Of a stretch of DNA of 64,000 bases, positions 9,841-21,099 are shown one piece after another. A model generated the notes under the pieces. The model was not told the DNA's origin and did not search any database. It saw only the letters and a program-made list of their open reading frames with translations. This stretch comes from Mustelus asterias. Its lineage: Eukaryota. The DNA is taken from positions 124,001 through 188,000 of the forward strand of contig NW_027590123.1 in the NCBI RefSeq assembly GCF_964213995.1. Direction: 5' to 3'. Position 1 is the stretch's first letter; the number at the start of each line of letters is the position of its first letter. A program made the translations under genes and the position numbers.

Positions 9841-11839
9841 GAAAGGACTCAAAGGTTCCGGGGAAAAGGCAGGAGAATGGGATTGAGATTTATCAGCCAT
9901 GATCGAATGGCACAGCAGATTCGATGGGCCGAATAGCCTAATTCTGCTCCTTTATCTTATGGTCTAATTCTAACCAAGGCTCCACCCTGAATCACATATC
10001 CCCATGGTAACAGAGACCAGGTGGAATATCTGACAGATATTTAGCTTCAAAACTAAACCTTTTTCCTGATGTCTTCATGAAGAATTCACCGAATAAAAAC
10101 AGTACAATAATTGTCAGACCCAATGTCTCCAGCTAAAAGACCCAGCTGACCTTTTACAGTTCTTACCTCTCGAGTTTTGACTTCTTAAACCAACATGGGC
10201 CATGCTTTGTGACTGCGAATTCCCTGAGGGTGTTTTCATCAGATTCTCAATCCAGGTTTTCCATTTTTTAAAAGCAATTCTTGCAACTAATTCTTATTTC
10301 TAAAACATAGGAATTATAAAATTAGATTTCTGTAACAAAAACAGGAAGAAATGAAAATGTATCACCTTCATAATATCCCAGTTAGAATATTACAATGTAC
10401 AACATGCTGTATATCTTAACAACAGCCATGATCTTATTGAATGGCGGAGCAGGCTCGAAGGGCCAAATGGCCTACTGCTGTTCCTAAATCCACTGTTTTC
10501 CTGTGTTGATCTATCTTATAACCTGCAACAGACACAATAATCCCTCCATTGTCCACTTCACATTCACAAGTCCAGCTTGGTAACAGCACACTGCTGGGTT
10601 CCATGTCCAGGAATTCAGTCCACTGAAGATGGAAATTACTGCTTGCAGTCTTTTCTGAAACTTTTCTTCTTCCAATAATTATAATCCAAAGTTCCTCCTG
10701 CAAAAGGAGAGTCTTCATTGCTGTTCAGTTGTGAATTTTCAAGTTCTGTTCTGAAAACAGTCTGTACAGAGTTCACATTTTGAAATTTATTTTCTTCCAC
10801 GTTTGTAGTTCCCCCATTGTTTAAATCCAGAGACAATATTCCAGTCAATTCCACATTGAAACCGACTTCTTCTTGCTCAGTTATAGCTGATTCCTTTATT
10901 GTCCAGGACAATATATTCACAATATCTTTAAAACAGAAATTAAACATTCCCATTTGATTTCAGACAGTAACATATTCTGTTAGTTTGTTCTTTATTGTCA
11001 ATGTCAGGCTCGGGTTGTTCCCCTTGGAGCAAAGGAGGTTGAGGGGAGATTTGATAGAGGTGGACAAGATTCTGACAGGTTTAGATAAGGTGGACAAAGA
11101 AAAGCTGTTCCCATTAGCTGAAGGGACAAGGACGAGGGGGGACACAGATTTCTTGTTTTGGGTCAGAGATGCAAGGGGGGGAGGGGAGAGTGGGGGGGGA
11201 TGTAAGGAAGAATATTCTGATGCAGCAAATGGTAATGACCTGGAACTCGCTGCCTACGAGGGTGGAGGAAGTGGAGACAATAAACAATTACAAAGGAAAT
11301 TGGATGGGCATTTGGGATGTTCCAGACAGAACGAAGAACAAAGAAAATTTTGTTTTCTTTAAACAAAAAAAACAAAACAAAACAAAAAAAAACAAAGAAA
11401 ATCCATCAAGACATAATTTGACTGAGTTTGGCAGAAAGGGACCTACACAGGGTTGGAATCGGTGGGAGTTGGGGGGGGGGGGGAACTCTCCGCCGGTTGG
11501 GGATATACCAGGTACAGACGAGGATGGCTGTGGTTGTTCGAGATCAGTCATCACTGCAAGGGTCACTGCAGGGTTCATCTAAAACTCTGCTGGCCATGTT
11601 TAAACTCACATTAAGTGTTATTCCACTATCACCCTTGTGCAGGATGATCCACCCAGTAAGGCAACAACTTAATATTAAAATTCTCATCCTTGGTCTCAAA
11701 TCACTCCATGACCTTGCCTGTCCCAATATCTATAATCTCCTATAAGCACCACAACACTCAATATATTACACTGCTCTAATTCTGGTCTTTAGTTTGTCCC
11801 TGACCTTGCTTCACCATTGCAAGCTCTACCTTCCCCAAT

Positions 11840-12590
11840 GGGATGGAGCAGCAGTATAAAATGAAGGGTACCATTCTTAGCAGTGTAGAGGATCAGAAGG
11901 ACCTTGGGGTCCGGGTCCATAGGACTCTTAAATCGGCCTCGCAGGTGGAGGATGCGGTCAAGAAGGCGTATGGCGTACTAGCCTTCATTAATCGAGGGAT
12001 TGAGTTTAGGAGTCGGGAGATAATGCTGCAGCTTTATAGGACCCTGGTTAGACCCCACTTGGAGTACTGCGCGCAGTTCTGGTCACCTCATTACAGGAAA
12101 GATGTTGAAGCCATTGAAAGGGTGCAGAGGAGATTTACAAGGATGTTGCCTGGATTGGGGGGCATGCCTTATGAGGATAGGTTGAGGGAGCTTGGTCTCT
12201 TCTCCCTGGAGAGACGAAGGATGAGAGGTGACCTGATAGAGGTTTACAAGATGTTGAGGGGTCTGGATAGGGTGGACTCTCAGAGGCTATTTCCAAGGGC
12301 TGAAATGGTTGCTACGAGAGGACACAGGTTTAAGGTGCTGGGGGGTAGGTACAGGGGGGATGTCAGGGGTAAGTTTTTCACTCAGAGGGTGGTGGGTGAG
12401 TGGAATCGGCTGACGTCGGTGGTGGTGGAGGCAAACTCGTTGGGGTCTTTTAAGAGACTTCTGGATGAGTACATGGGATTTAATGGGATTGAGGGCTATA
12501 GATAGGCCTAGAGGTGGGGATGTGATCGGCGCAACTTGTGGGCCGAAGGGCCTGTTTGTGCTGTGGCTTTCTATGTTCTATGTTCTATGT
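11840..12590 (+). mobile_element. Young 5'-truncated CR1 LINE
   Basis: Uninterrupted 220-aa ORF2 C-terminus (LVRPHLEYCAQFWSP...RGDLIEVYK) and a (TTCTATG)n tail. Confidence 0.9.
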
Positions 12591-12999
12591 TCAGTTGCTT
12601 AGTCTCCAACCTCTGGAATACCATCCCTACACGTCTCCAACTCTCCACCTCGCTTTACTCCTTTAACACACCCCTTAAAATCTACCATTTTGACCCAATG
12701 TTTGGTCATCTAACCTAGTATCTTCTTTGTGGCTCAATATCATACTTTACTTTACAATGCTCCTTGGATGTTTTATTACTTTAAGGCGCTCTATAAATAT
12801 ATTTTGTTGTTCCTCATGTCTCCTGGGCCTAATCATTTTCAGCGGCTTCATTAATTACCGTCTCCCCACCGTAGGGTCAGAAACGGGGATGTTCACTGAT
12901 GATTGCAGTGTATATGACCATTCACAACTCTGAATACTGAAGCTGCCTGCATGCAGCGCAGGACCAGGACAACATTGTCAATTCATACTGATACCACAC

Positions 13000-13560
13000 A
13001 ATATACCACAGTAGTGTGGCGACCAGAATTGAACACTAGATTCCAAGTGCGGTCTAACAAAGGTTCAATAAAGCTGCAACATGACGTGCCAATTTTTAAA
13101 CTCAATGCCCCGGCCGATGAAGGCAAGCATGCCGTATGCCTTCTTGATTATCTTCTCCATCTCATTGCCACTTTCAATGACCTGTGTACCTGTACACCCA
13201 GATCCCTCTGCCTATCAATACTCAGAAGGGTTCTGCAATTTACTGTATATTTCCCATCTGTATTAGACCTTCCAAAATGCATTACCTCACATTTGTCCGG
13301 ATTAAACTTCATCTGCCATCTCTCCGCCCAAGTCTCCAACTGATCTATATCCTGCTGTATCCTCTGCCAGTTCCCATCGCTATCCGCAAATCCACCAACC
13401 TTTGTGTCGTCCACAAACTTACTAATCAAACCAGTTACATTTTCCTCCAAATCATTCATATATATTACAAACAGCAAAAGTCCCAGCACTGATCCCTGAG
13501 GAATGTCACTTGTCACAGCCCTCCATTCAGAAATGTACCTTTGCACTGCCAACCTCTGTT
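13000..13560 (-). mobile_element. CR1 LINE RT fragment
   Basis: IPQGSVLGLLLF...KFVDDTK...WQMKFNPDKC. Confidence 0.85.
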
Positions 13561-13803
13561 TTCTTCTGACTAAATATCTCTAAACTTCCTAACACCCTGT
13601 CACTCTGTGATCCTTGTGACATTTGAAACCAGGTATTCACAAAAAGACTCAAAGAGCATCAGCCCACTGGAGGCTGAGACCGGCCAGTCCAGCACAAAGA
13701 AACCCTCTGATCCTCCCCATTGACCAACTGTGAGAATGAACAAAATGCAATCCTGGATGTAATTGAGAGCAGAAACAATAACAGCAGAATCCAACCCCTG
13801 GAA

Positions 13804-14982
13804 TCACTCGTGAACTTGCTGGTGTCTCAGCAGGTGGGATGAAACTCTGAATCTCTTCCCACACTGAGAGCAGGTGAACGGCCTCTCCCCAGTGTGAACT
13901 CGCTGGTGTGCCCGCAGGTTGGATAACCGAGTGAATCCCTTCCCACACTGAGAGCAGGTGAATGGCCTCTCCCCAGTGTGAACTCGCTGGTGTGTCCGCA
14001 GGGTGGATAACCGAGTGAATCCCTTCCCACATTGAGAGCAGGTGAATGGTTTCTCCCCAGTGTGAACTCGCTGGTGTGCCCGCAGGTTGGATGACTGAGT
14101 GAATCCCTTCCCACACTGAGAGCAGGTGAACGGCCTCTCCCTAGTGTGAACCCGCTGGTGTGTCAGCAGGCTGGATGACCGCGTGAATCCCTCCCCACAC
14201 TGAGAGCAGATGAATGGCCTCTCCCCAGTGTGAACCCGCTGGTGAGCCCGCAGCTCGGATGACCGAGTGAATCCCTTCCCACACTGAGAGCAGGTGAACG
14301 GTCTCTCCCCAGTGTGAACTCGCTGGTGTATCCGCAGATCAGATGACCGAGTGAATCTCTTCCCACACTGAGAGCAGGTGAATGGTTTCTCCCCGGTGTG
14401 AACTCGCTGGTGTTTCTGCAGGCTGGATAACTGAGTGAATCCCTCCCCACACTGTGAGCAGGTGAACGGCCTCTCCCCAGTGTGAACTCGCTCGTGTGTC
14501 AGCAGACTGGATGACCGAGTGAATCCCTTCCCACACTGAGAGCAGGTGAATAGCCTCTCCCCAGTGTGAACTCGCTGGTGTGTCCGCAGCTCAGATAACT
14601 GAATGAATCCCTTCCCACACTGAGGGCAGGTGAATGGCCTCTCCCCAGTGTGAACTCGCTGGTGTCTCTGCAGGTTGGATAACTGAGTGAATCCCTTTCC
14701 ACACTGAGAGCAGGTGAATGGCCTCTCTCCAGTGTGAATTCGCTGGTGTCTCTGCAGGTGGGATGACTGAGTGAATCCCTTCCCACACTGAGAGCAGGTG
14801 AATGGCCTCTGCCCAGTGTGAACTTGCTGGTGTATCCGTAAGCTGGATAACTGATTAAATCCCTCCTCACACTGACAGCAGATGAACAGCCTCTCCCCAG
14901 TGTGGCTGCGCCGATGAGCTTCCAGCAGGGATGGGTATCTGTATCTCTTCCCACAGTCCACACATTTCCATGGTTTCTCCAT
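13804..14982 (-). CDS. C2H2 zinc-finger protein ZNF-3 (14 fingers)
   Basis: ATG at 14982 in CACCATGG; 392 aa = 14 x 28; ends HE-TGA; acceptor TTTTACAG with exon start at 15333. Confidence 0.9.
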   Translation of the reverse strand: MEKPWKCVDCGKRYRYPSLLEAHRRSHTGERLFICCQCEEGFNQLSSLRIHQQVHTGQRPFTCSQCGKGFTQSSHLQRHQRIHTGERPFTCSQCGKGFTQLSNLQRHQRVHTGERPFTCPQCGKGFIQLSELRTHQRVHTGERLFTCSQCGKGFTRSSSLLTHERVHTGERPFTCSQCGEGFTQLSSLQKHQRVHTGEKPFTCSQCGKRFTRSSDLRIHQRVHTGERPFTCSQCGKGFTRSSELRAHQRVHTGERPFICSQCGEGFTRSSSLLTHQRVHTRERPFTCSQCGKGFTQSSNLRAHQRVHTGEKPFTCSQCGKGFTRLSTLRTHQRVHTGERPFTCSQCGKGFTRLSNLRAHQRVHTGERPFTCSQCGKRFRVSSHLLRHQQVHE

Positions 14983-15426
14983 GGTGCAGGTGTCCTTGCC
15001 TCTCTCTTGGATGGACAATTAGTTGAAACTTCGTCCACACACAGAACAAGATTACAGTCTCTACCCGCTGTGAATGGTGTGATATTTATTCAGACTGTGT
15101 AACTGGTTAAAGCTCTTAAGTCAGTGCATTGGAACACTCTCACTCCAGTGTGGCAGTGTGTTGATGCTTTTTCACTCACACTGACATTTCAAATTTTTTC
15201 AAATCGACAGACTGGACAATCATTTCTCCTTCTGGATTCAAAGTCCGATGATATTGAGTTCCCAAGGAATATGACTCTGCCACGTCGAGACGTGACGTTT
15301 GAGATTTCGACCTGTGATTCCTCTTTCAATATCCTGTAAAATGAGTTTCCAAAAGTCATCAGTGTCAGTACAGGATAGAAATTCAGAACAGACAATTTCT
15401 ATGGAACATTCTTTCCTCTCTCATTC

Positions 15427-16570
15427 AGAGGGTGGGTTCTCCCCCGCACATGCACAGCTTCCCCTCTCCCTCGCACATTTTGCAGTCCCGGGCCGGGGGG
15501 AGGGGGAGATCACTGAGCAGCTTCTCGCTCTGGCCGGAGCCGCCAGCCGGTTGCCTGGAAACCTTGGCTCGATGTGGTGCAGGGGGAGGGGAACAATGGG
15601 TGGGGGCGGGGCTCCCGGGTCCGCGCGCCCGGGCCTGCGCACTGGAACCCGGAGACATCACCGCGGAGCAGAGTGATTTCTATTGGCTGATTCAGGCAGG
15701 GCTCTATCGTGGCATCACAATGCGGAAGTTGGCCAATGAGCTTCAGAGTGAAACTTTGCTCTCCGATCACATTCCATTGTGACATCACACCCTCACCCAT
15801 TCCATTGTGACGTCACACCCTCACCCAGTCCATTGTGACGTCACACCCTCACCCAGTCCATTGTGACGTCACACCCTCACCCAGTCCATTGTGACGTCAC
15901 ACTCTCACCCATTCCATTGTGACGTCGCACCCTCACCCAGTCCATTGTGATGTCACACCCTCACCCATTCCATTGTGACGTCACACCCTCACCCAGTCCA
16001 TTGTGACGTCACACCCTCACCCATTCCATTGTGACGTCACACTATCACCCATTCCATTGTGACGTCACACCCTCACCCATTCCATTGTGACGTCAGGGCT
16101 TCCCTCTCCGATCACAATCCCTGCCGGCCTCCCACATGCAGCCTCAATGGCGGCAGTCAGCCCGGGTCTAACACTACAAGCTGCCGCTCCATTTGGTACA
16201 AAGGGGGGGACCGGGAAGTTCATTTCCGGGGTTTGGGTTTGAACAACATGTTTACAAAGTCTCTCCACCCACCCGCCACATTTATCATTCCCCGCACGCC
16301 GCCCTCTACCTCGTATTGATCTCGCTTCCAAGTTAAAACCGGCCGTCCGTCGCCATTACCCGCACTGCGCATGCTTCAGGTTCCGCCCCTCATTCCCTCT
16401 GATTGGTTGGAGGACCAGCCGCTCCCGTTCGGTCCTCCAGCCCCGCCCCCTCTTCCTATTGGTCGGGAGCTGCCGTCAATCAGTCCCCGGGCATTGTGAT
16501 GCGGAGCATGCGCAGTGTCATTGCTGGCCTTGGCGCTTGTTTGTCCCGGAGAAGCGGAGTCAGCGTTAGG
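15427..16570. promoter_or_regulatory. CpG-island bidirectional promoter between ZNF-3 (-) and ZNF-4 (+)
   Basis: CpG-rich; CCAAT and GC boxes; AATGGCGGC (YY1-like) at 16146; TGCGCATGC (NRF1-like) at 16366; dyad at 16408-16439. Confidence 0.75.
15771..16095. repeat. 28-bp minisatellite (~11.6 copies) carrying TGACGTCA (CRE) palindromes
   Basis: Unit A(T/G)TCCATTGTGACGTCACACCCTCACCC; 9 of 12 cores are perfect TGACGTCA. Confidence 0.95.
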
Positions 16571-16927
16571 CGGTGGCTGGGAGGATTTGGAAACACTTTG
16601 TGGATCCGCAAACCCTTCAGAATCATTGTCAGCTCCCTGGTTTGCAGCTGCGGGGCTTCTCCCTCCCTCCCTCCCGGGAACAGGCCCAGGTTAACGGCCC
16701 CATCCTGGCTCAGCCACTGGAGGATGGTTCACATCAGAGGATGGGGGAGGGGGACAATAAATAAGAGGTTACACTTTGGCCTCAAATCAATGAGGACTCT
16801 GATCTCTGGGAAGGAAGGAAACCCTGGGAGGTGGGCGGGGAGGATTCACAAACACCCGCTGGAGGCCCCAATAAGACCCATTGGTTTTATTGTCAGTCTG
16901 CAGACAGGAGCTGGAGAACTGAACCCA

Positions 16928-17205
16928 ATAAGAAGACTCACAACGCCAGGTTAAAGTCCAACAGTTTTATTTGGTCGCAAAAGCCACTCGCTTTCGGAGC
17001 GCTGCTCCTTCGTCAGGTGAGTAGGACTTGTGTTCATAAACGGGGCATATATATTGACACAAACTCAATTTACAAGATAATGGTTGGAATGCAAGTCTTT
17101 ACAGGTAATCAAGTCTTAAAGGTACAGACAATGTGAGTGGAGAGAGGGTTAAGCACAGGTTAAAGAGATGTGTACTGTCTCCAGCCAGGACAGTTAGTGA
17201 GATTT
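16928..17205 (-). mobile_element. Penelope-like terminal-repeat fragment with a hammerhead motif (16985-17019, core U changed to G)
   Basis: CACAACGCCAGGTTAAAGTCCAACAG...; homologous to the ends of 53239-54312. Confidence 0.75.
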
Positions 17206-17710
17206 CCACATCAAGAACTGAACCCAGACAGGAGAGGGAGGGAGAAAACTGGGAGTGGAGGGAAGAAATGGTGGAGATGTTGAGATGGGTTTGGATTTCA
17301 GTCCAGGGGAGGAGGTAGAGTGTGTGGGACGGGGATTTATAGATTTGGGGGAACAAGAGAGGAAAATATGTTCCAGAGAAACTATGAATTGTCTGTTCAG
17401 AATTTCTATCCTGCACTGACAGTGATGGTATTGGTAAACTGTTTTTGCAAGGTATTATGAAGCAGGATTTCCAGATGTGAAACTCAAACCAAACTTCACA
17501 TCAAGATCTGTTTCAGTGATTTGATTCGTCAGAAACTGAATATCGTCAGCCTTTGTCTCCAGAAGGAGAAATGTTTATTCTGTCTGCGGGCAAAGATTTC
17601 AAACATCAGTGTGACTGAAAAAGCACCTAGACACACACACCTGTGAGTTTCCAATGTGCTGAATGTGGAAAGTGGTTTAAAAAGTCTGAAAAATAATCAC
17701 ATCATTCTCA

Positions 17711-19021
17711 GTGAGTAGTGACCCGACTCATATTCTGTGTAAACGTGGCTTCAACTCATCATCCAACCTGGAGTCACACGAGGATACCCGCTCCACAGAG
17801 AAACCATTGAAATGTGGGGACTGTGGGAGGGGATTCAATTACCCGTCCGAATTGGATATTCATCGTCGCATTCACACTGGAGAGAGGCCGTTCACCTGCT
17901 CTGAGTGTGGGAAAGGATTTGCTTACTCATCCAGCCTCTATACACACCGGCGTGTTCACACCGGTGAGAGGCCATTCGCCTGCCTCGAATGTGGGAGGGG
18001 ATGTCATGCTATATCAAGCCTCCTGATTCACCGGCAGGTTCACTCCGATCAGAGACTGTTTCAGTGTTCTGAATGTGAGAAAAGCTTTAAAAGCACAAAG
18101 GACCTCCTGAGACACCAGCGCACTCACATGGCGGTGAGACCGTTCACCTGCTCAGTGTGTGGGAAGGGATTCACTCAGTCATCCCACCTTCTGACACACC
18201 ATCTTGTTCACACTGATCAGAGACCATTTCAATGTTCTGACTGTGAGAAGAGATTTAAAAGTAAAAATGATTTACAAGTCCATCAGCGCACTCACACTGG
18301 GGAGAAGCCATTCACCTGCTCCGTGTGTGAGAGGAGATTCGGACGTTTATCCCAGCTGCAAACACACCAGCGAGTTCACTCTGATAAGAGACCATTTCAG
18401 TGTTCTGACTGTGAGAAGAGCTTTAAAAGTAAACAGGATTTGGTGACACACCAGCGAGTTCACACTGGGGAGAAACCGTTCACCTGCTCGGTGTGTGGGC
18501 TGGGATTCACCCATTCATCCCACTGTCTGAGACACCAGCGAGTTCACACCGGGGAGAAGACATTTATTTGCTCTGTGTGTGGGAAGGGATTCACTGATTC
18601 GCCCCACCTTCTGATACACGAGCGAATTCACACTGGGGAGAAACCCTTCGCTTGCTCCACATGTGGGAAACGATTCACTCAGCCACCCCAGCTCATTGCA
18701 CATCAACTGGTCCACACTGATCAGAGACCTTTTAAGTGTTCTGACTGTGAGAAAAGTTTTAAAAGCACGAAGGACCTGCTGAGACACCAGCAAATTCACA
18801 CTGGGGAGAGATCATTCACCTGCTCCATGTGTGGGAAAAGGTTCACTCAGTCATCCCACCTGCTGAGACACCAGCAGATTCACACAGGAGAGAGATCGTT
18901 CACCTGCTCCGTATGTGGGAAGAGATTTGCTCGGTCAGCCAATCTGCTGAGACACCAGCAAGTTCACAAGTCACTGCAGGGATTGGATTCTGCTGTTGCT
19001 GCTAACCCCATGCAGGACTGA
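17711..19021 (+). CDS. C2H2 zinc-finger protein ZNF-4 (14 fingers; no AUG before codon 140)
   Basis: Open 436-codon frame; the family start TMEKP reads STEKP; the family stop has become TCA, adding a short tail. Confidence 0.7.
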   Translation: MSSDPTHILCKRGFNSSSNLESHEDTRSTEKPLKCGDCGRGFNYPSELDIHRRIHTGERPFTCSECGKGFAYSSSLYTHRRVHTGERPFACLECGRGCHAISSLLIHRQVHSDQRLFQCSECEKSFKSTKDLLRHQRTHMAVRPFTCSVCGKGFTQSSHLLTHHLVHTDQRPFQCSDCEKRFKSKNDLQVHQRTHTGEKPFTCSVCERRFGRLSQLQTHQRVHSDKRPFQCSDCEKSFKSKQDLVTHQRVHTGEKPFTCSVCGLGFTHSSHCLRHQRVHTGEKTFICSVCGKGFTDSPHLLIHERIHTGEKPFACSTCGKRFTQPPQLIAHQLVHTDQRPFKCSDCEKSFKSTKDLLRHQQIHTGERSFTCSMCGKRFTQSSHLLRHQQIHTGERSFTCSVCGKRFARSANLLRHQQVHKSLQGLDSAVAANPMQD

Positions 19022-19049
19022 ATCATGTTCATTCTGTTATTAAGGAGGC

Positions 19050-20320
19050 TGGGAGGGTGGAACACATAGATAATCTCTGTACAATCAGGCAGAGTCAACA
19101 TGGTTTTGTGCAAGGGAAATCACCTTTAATTGATTTATTGGATTTCTTTGAGGAAGTTACAAGCAATGTGGATAAAGTGGAACCTGTGGATGTGGTGTAT
19201 TTAGATTTCCAGCAGGCATTTGACACATCAAAGTTTACCACACTAAATAAGAATTCGTAGCATAAGGCATATTAGCATCCCATCCACATCGGTTCTTTGT
19301 ATTAGCATGGATAGAGGATTGATTAGCTAATGGGAAACAGAGAGGAGGGAGAAAGGAGTAATTTTTGGGATGGCAAGATGTAGCTTGTGGAGTGCCACAG
19401 GGATCAGTGCTGGGGCCTCAACTATTGACAAACTATTTTCATGACGTGGATGACAGGATCAAAATTTGCTGATAACACAAAGGTAGGTAGAAAAATGAGA
19501 TGTGAATGACCATAACAAGCCTGCAAAGCGACATAGTGAATGAGTGGGTTAGAAGTTGGCAGCTGGAACAAGATTTTTGGATAATGTGAACTTGTCCATT
19601 TGGACAGGAAGGATGGAAAAGCAGTTGATTATTTAAAGAGAGCGATTGCAGGTACAGAGGGATCTGGGTGTCCTGGTACTGTAATCAGGAAACGTTAGTG
19701 TGTGGACACAGCAAATGATTAGAAAGGTAAATGAATTATTGTTTATTGCAGGGATGTTTTGCTGCATTTGTTCAGGGTATTGGTGAGACCACATCAAGAG
19801 TACTGTGTATAGTTTTGGTCTCCTTACGTAAGAGAGGACTTGTGTGAGAAGTAGTTCAGAGAAGGTTTACTTGACTGATTCGTGGGATGAGGGAGTTATC
19901 ATACAAGGAAAAGTTGGACATGTTCGGCCTGTATCTATTGGGGTTTAGAAGAATGAGAGAGGATCTGATTGAAACATATAAAATTCAGAGGGGACTTGAC
20001 AGATGTTGATTGTAGAGAGAGGAGAACTAGAGGCACAGTTTAAAAATAAGGGGTCTCCCATTTAAGACTGGGATGAGGAGAAACCTTTTCTCTCAGAGGG
20101 TTGTTACAGTGTGGAATTCTCTTTCACAGAGAGTGGTGGAGGCTCGCTCACTGAATATTCTGAAGTCTGAATTTAATAGATTCTTGATTGACAAGAGAGC
20201 CAAAGGGTACGAGGGGTAAGAAGGAAAGTGGAGTTCAGACCACAATCAGATCAGCCAGGATCCTATTGAATAGTGGAGCAGGCTCGAGGGGCCGAGTGGC
20301 CTTCTCCTGCTCCTAATTCA
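19050..20320 (+). mobile_element. Degenerate CR1 LINE
   Basis: QHGFVQGKS...VDVVYLDFQQAFD, PQGSVLGP and RFT motifs with frameshifts, plus a 3' tail. Confidence 0.8.
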
Positions 20321-21099
20321 CATGTTCACATTGTGAGAGTTGGAGTTTGTTTCTACTGACTTTCATTTCCCATAAATCTGAGCTGCAGCTTAATCTACAG
20401 AATAGAATCAAATAAATCTTGATGATAAACTGATTGATCAGCCAGAGTCTAACTGAATGACAGAGCAGACTGGAAGGGCTGAACCTCCTCCAGTTCCTGT
20501 GTAGTTTCTCCCCAGGATTCTCCCACTCTCTAACTCTGCTCCAGTGCTGGTTTCTGATGAAGTCTCTTCTCCCCAGGTCTCCCATCACTTTCCATTCATC
20601 AGCTGGTGTCTGAGTCCAAGTTTACCAGGAGCAGGAGGAGGTCATTTATCCCTCGAGCCTGTTCTGTCATTCACTGAGGTCAGGGCTGATCTTGAGACCT
20701 AACTCCATTTACCCAGATATTGTTTTAATCTTGACTTCCCCAGTCTGTTACAATGTGATTTAAAAATAACTTTCATTTCCATCAGACCGTTAATGTAGGA
20801 GAGTGTCCCAAAGTGAATCTCAGAAACATTAACTGACACTGAGTCAAAGAAGGGGATGTTAGGAGGGCTGACTAGAGACTTGGTGCAGTGTAAAGGGTTC
20901 ATGTTAAATTTGTAAATATTCTACACAGTGATGTATGATCAGATGACAAGAGCGTGCTGAGAGATGGTTCTCTGTGAAGCCTCGTGCTGATCTTGTATTG
21001 TACATAGTTCGAAGAATGTGCAATTAAAGGTTACGTTTATCAGCAGCCTTGCCTCCAGCAGTCTCTGTAGATTCTGACCAATTTCCTTCTTCACTTGAT

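Noticed and set aside
15771-16095. CRISPR-like array
   Set aside because: The 28-bp units are contiguous with no unique spacers, no cas genes are present and the context is eukaryotic; it is a minisatellite
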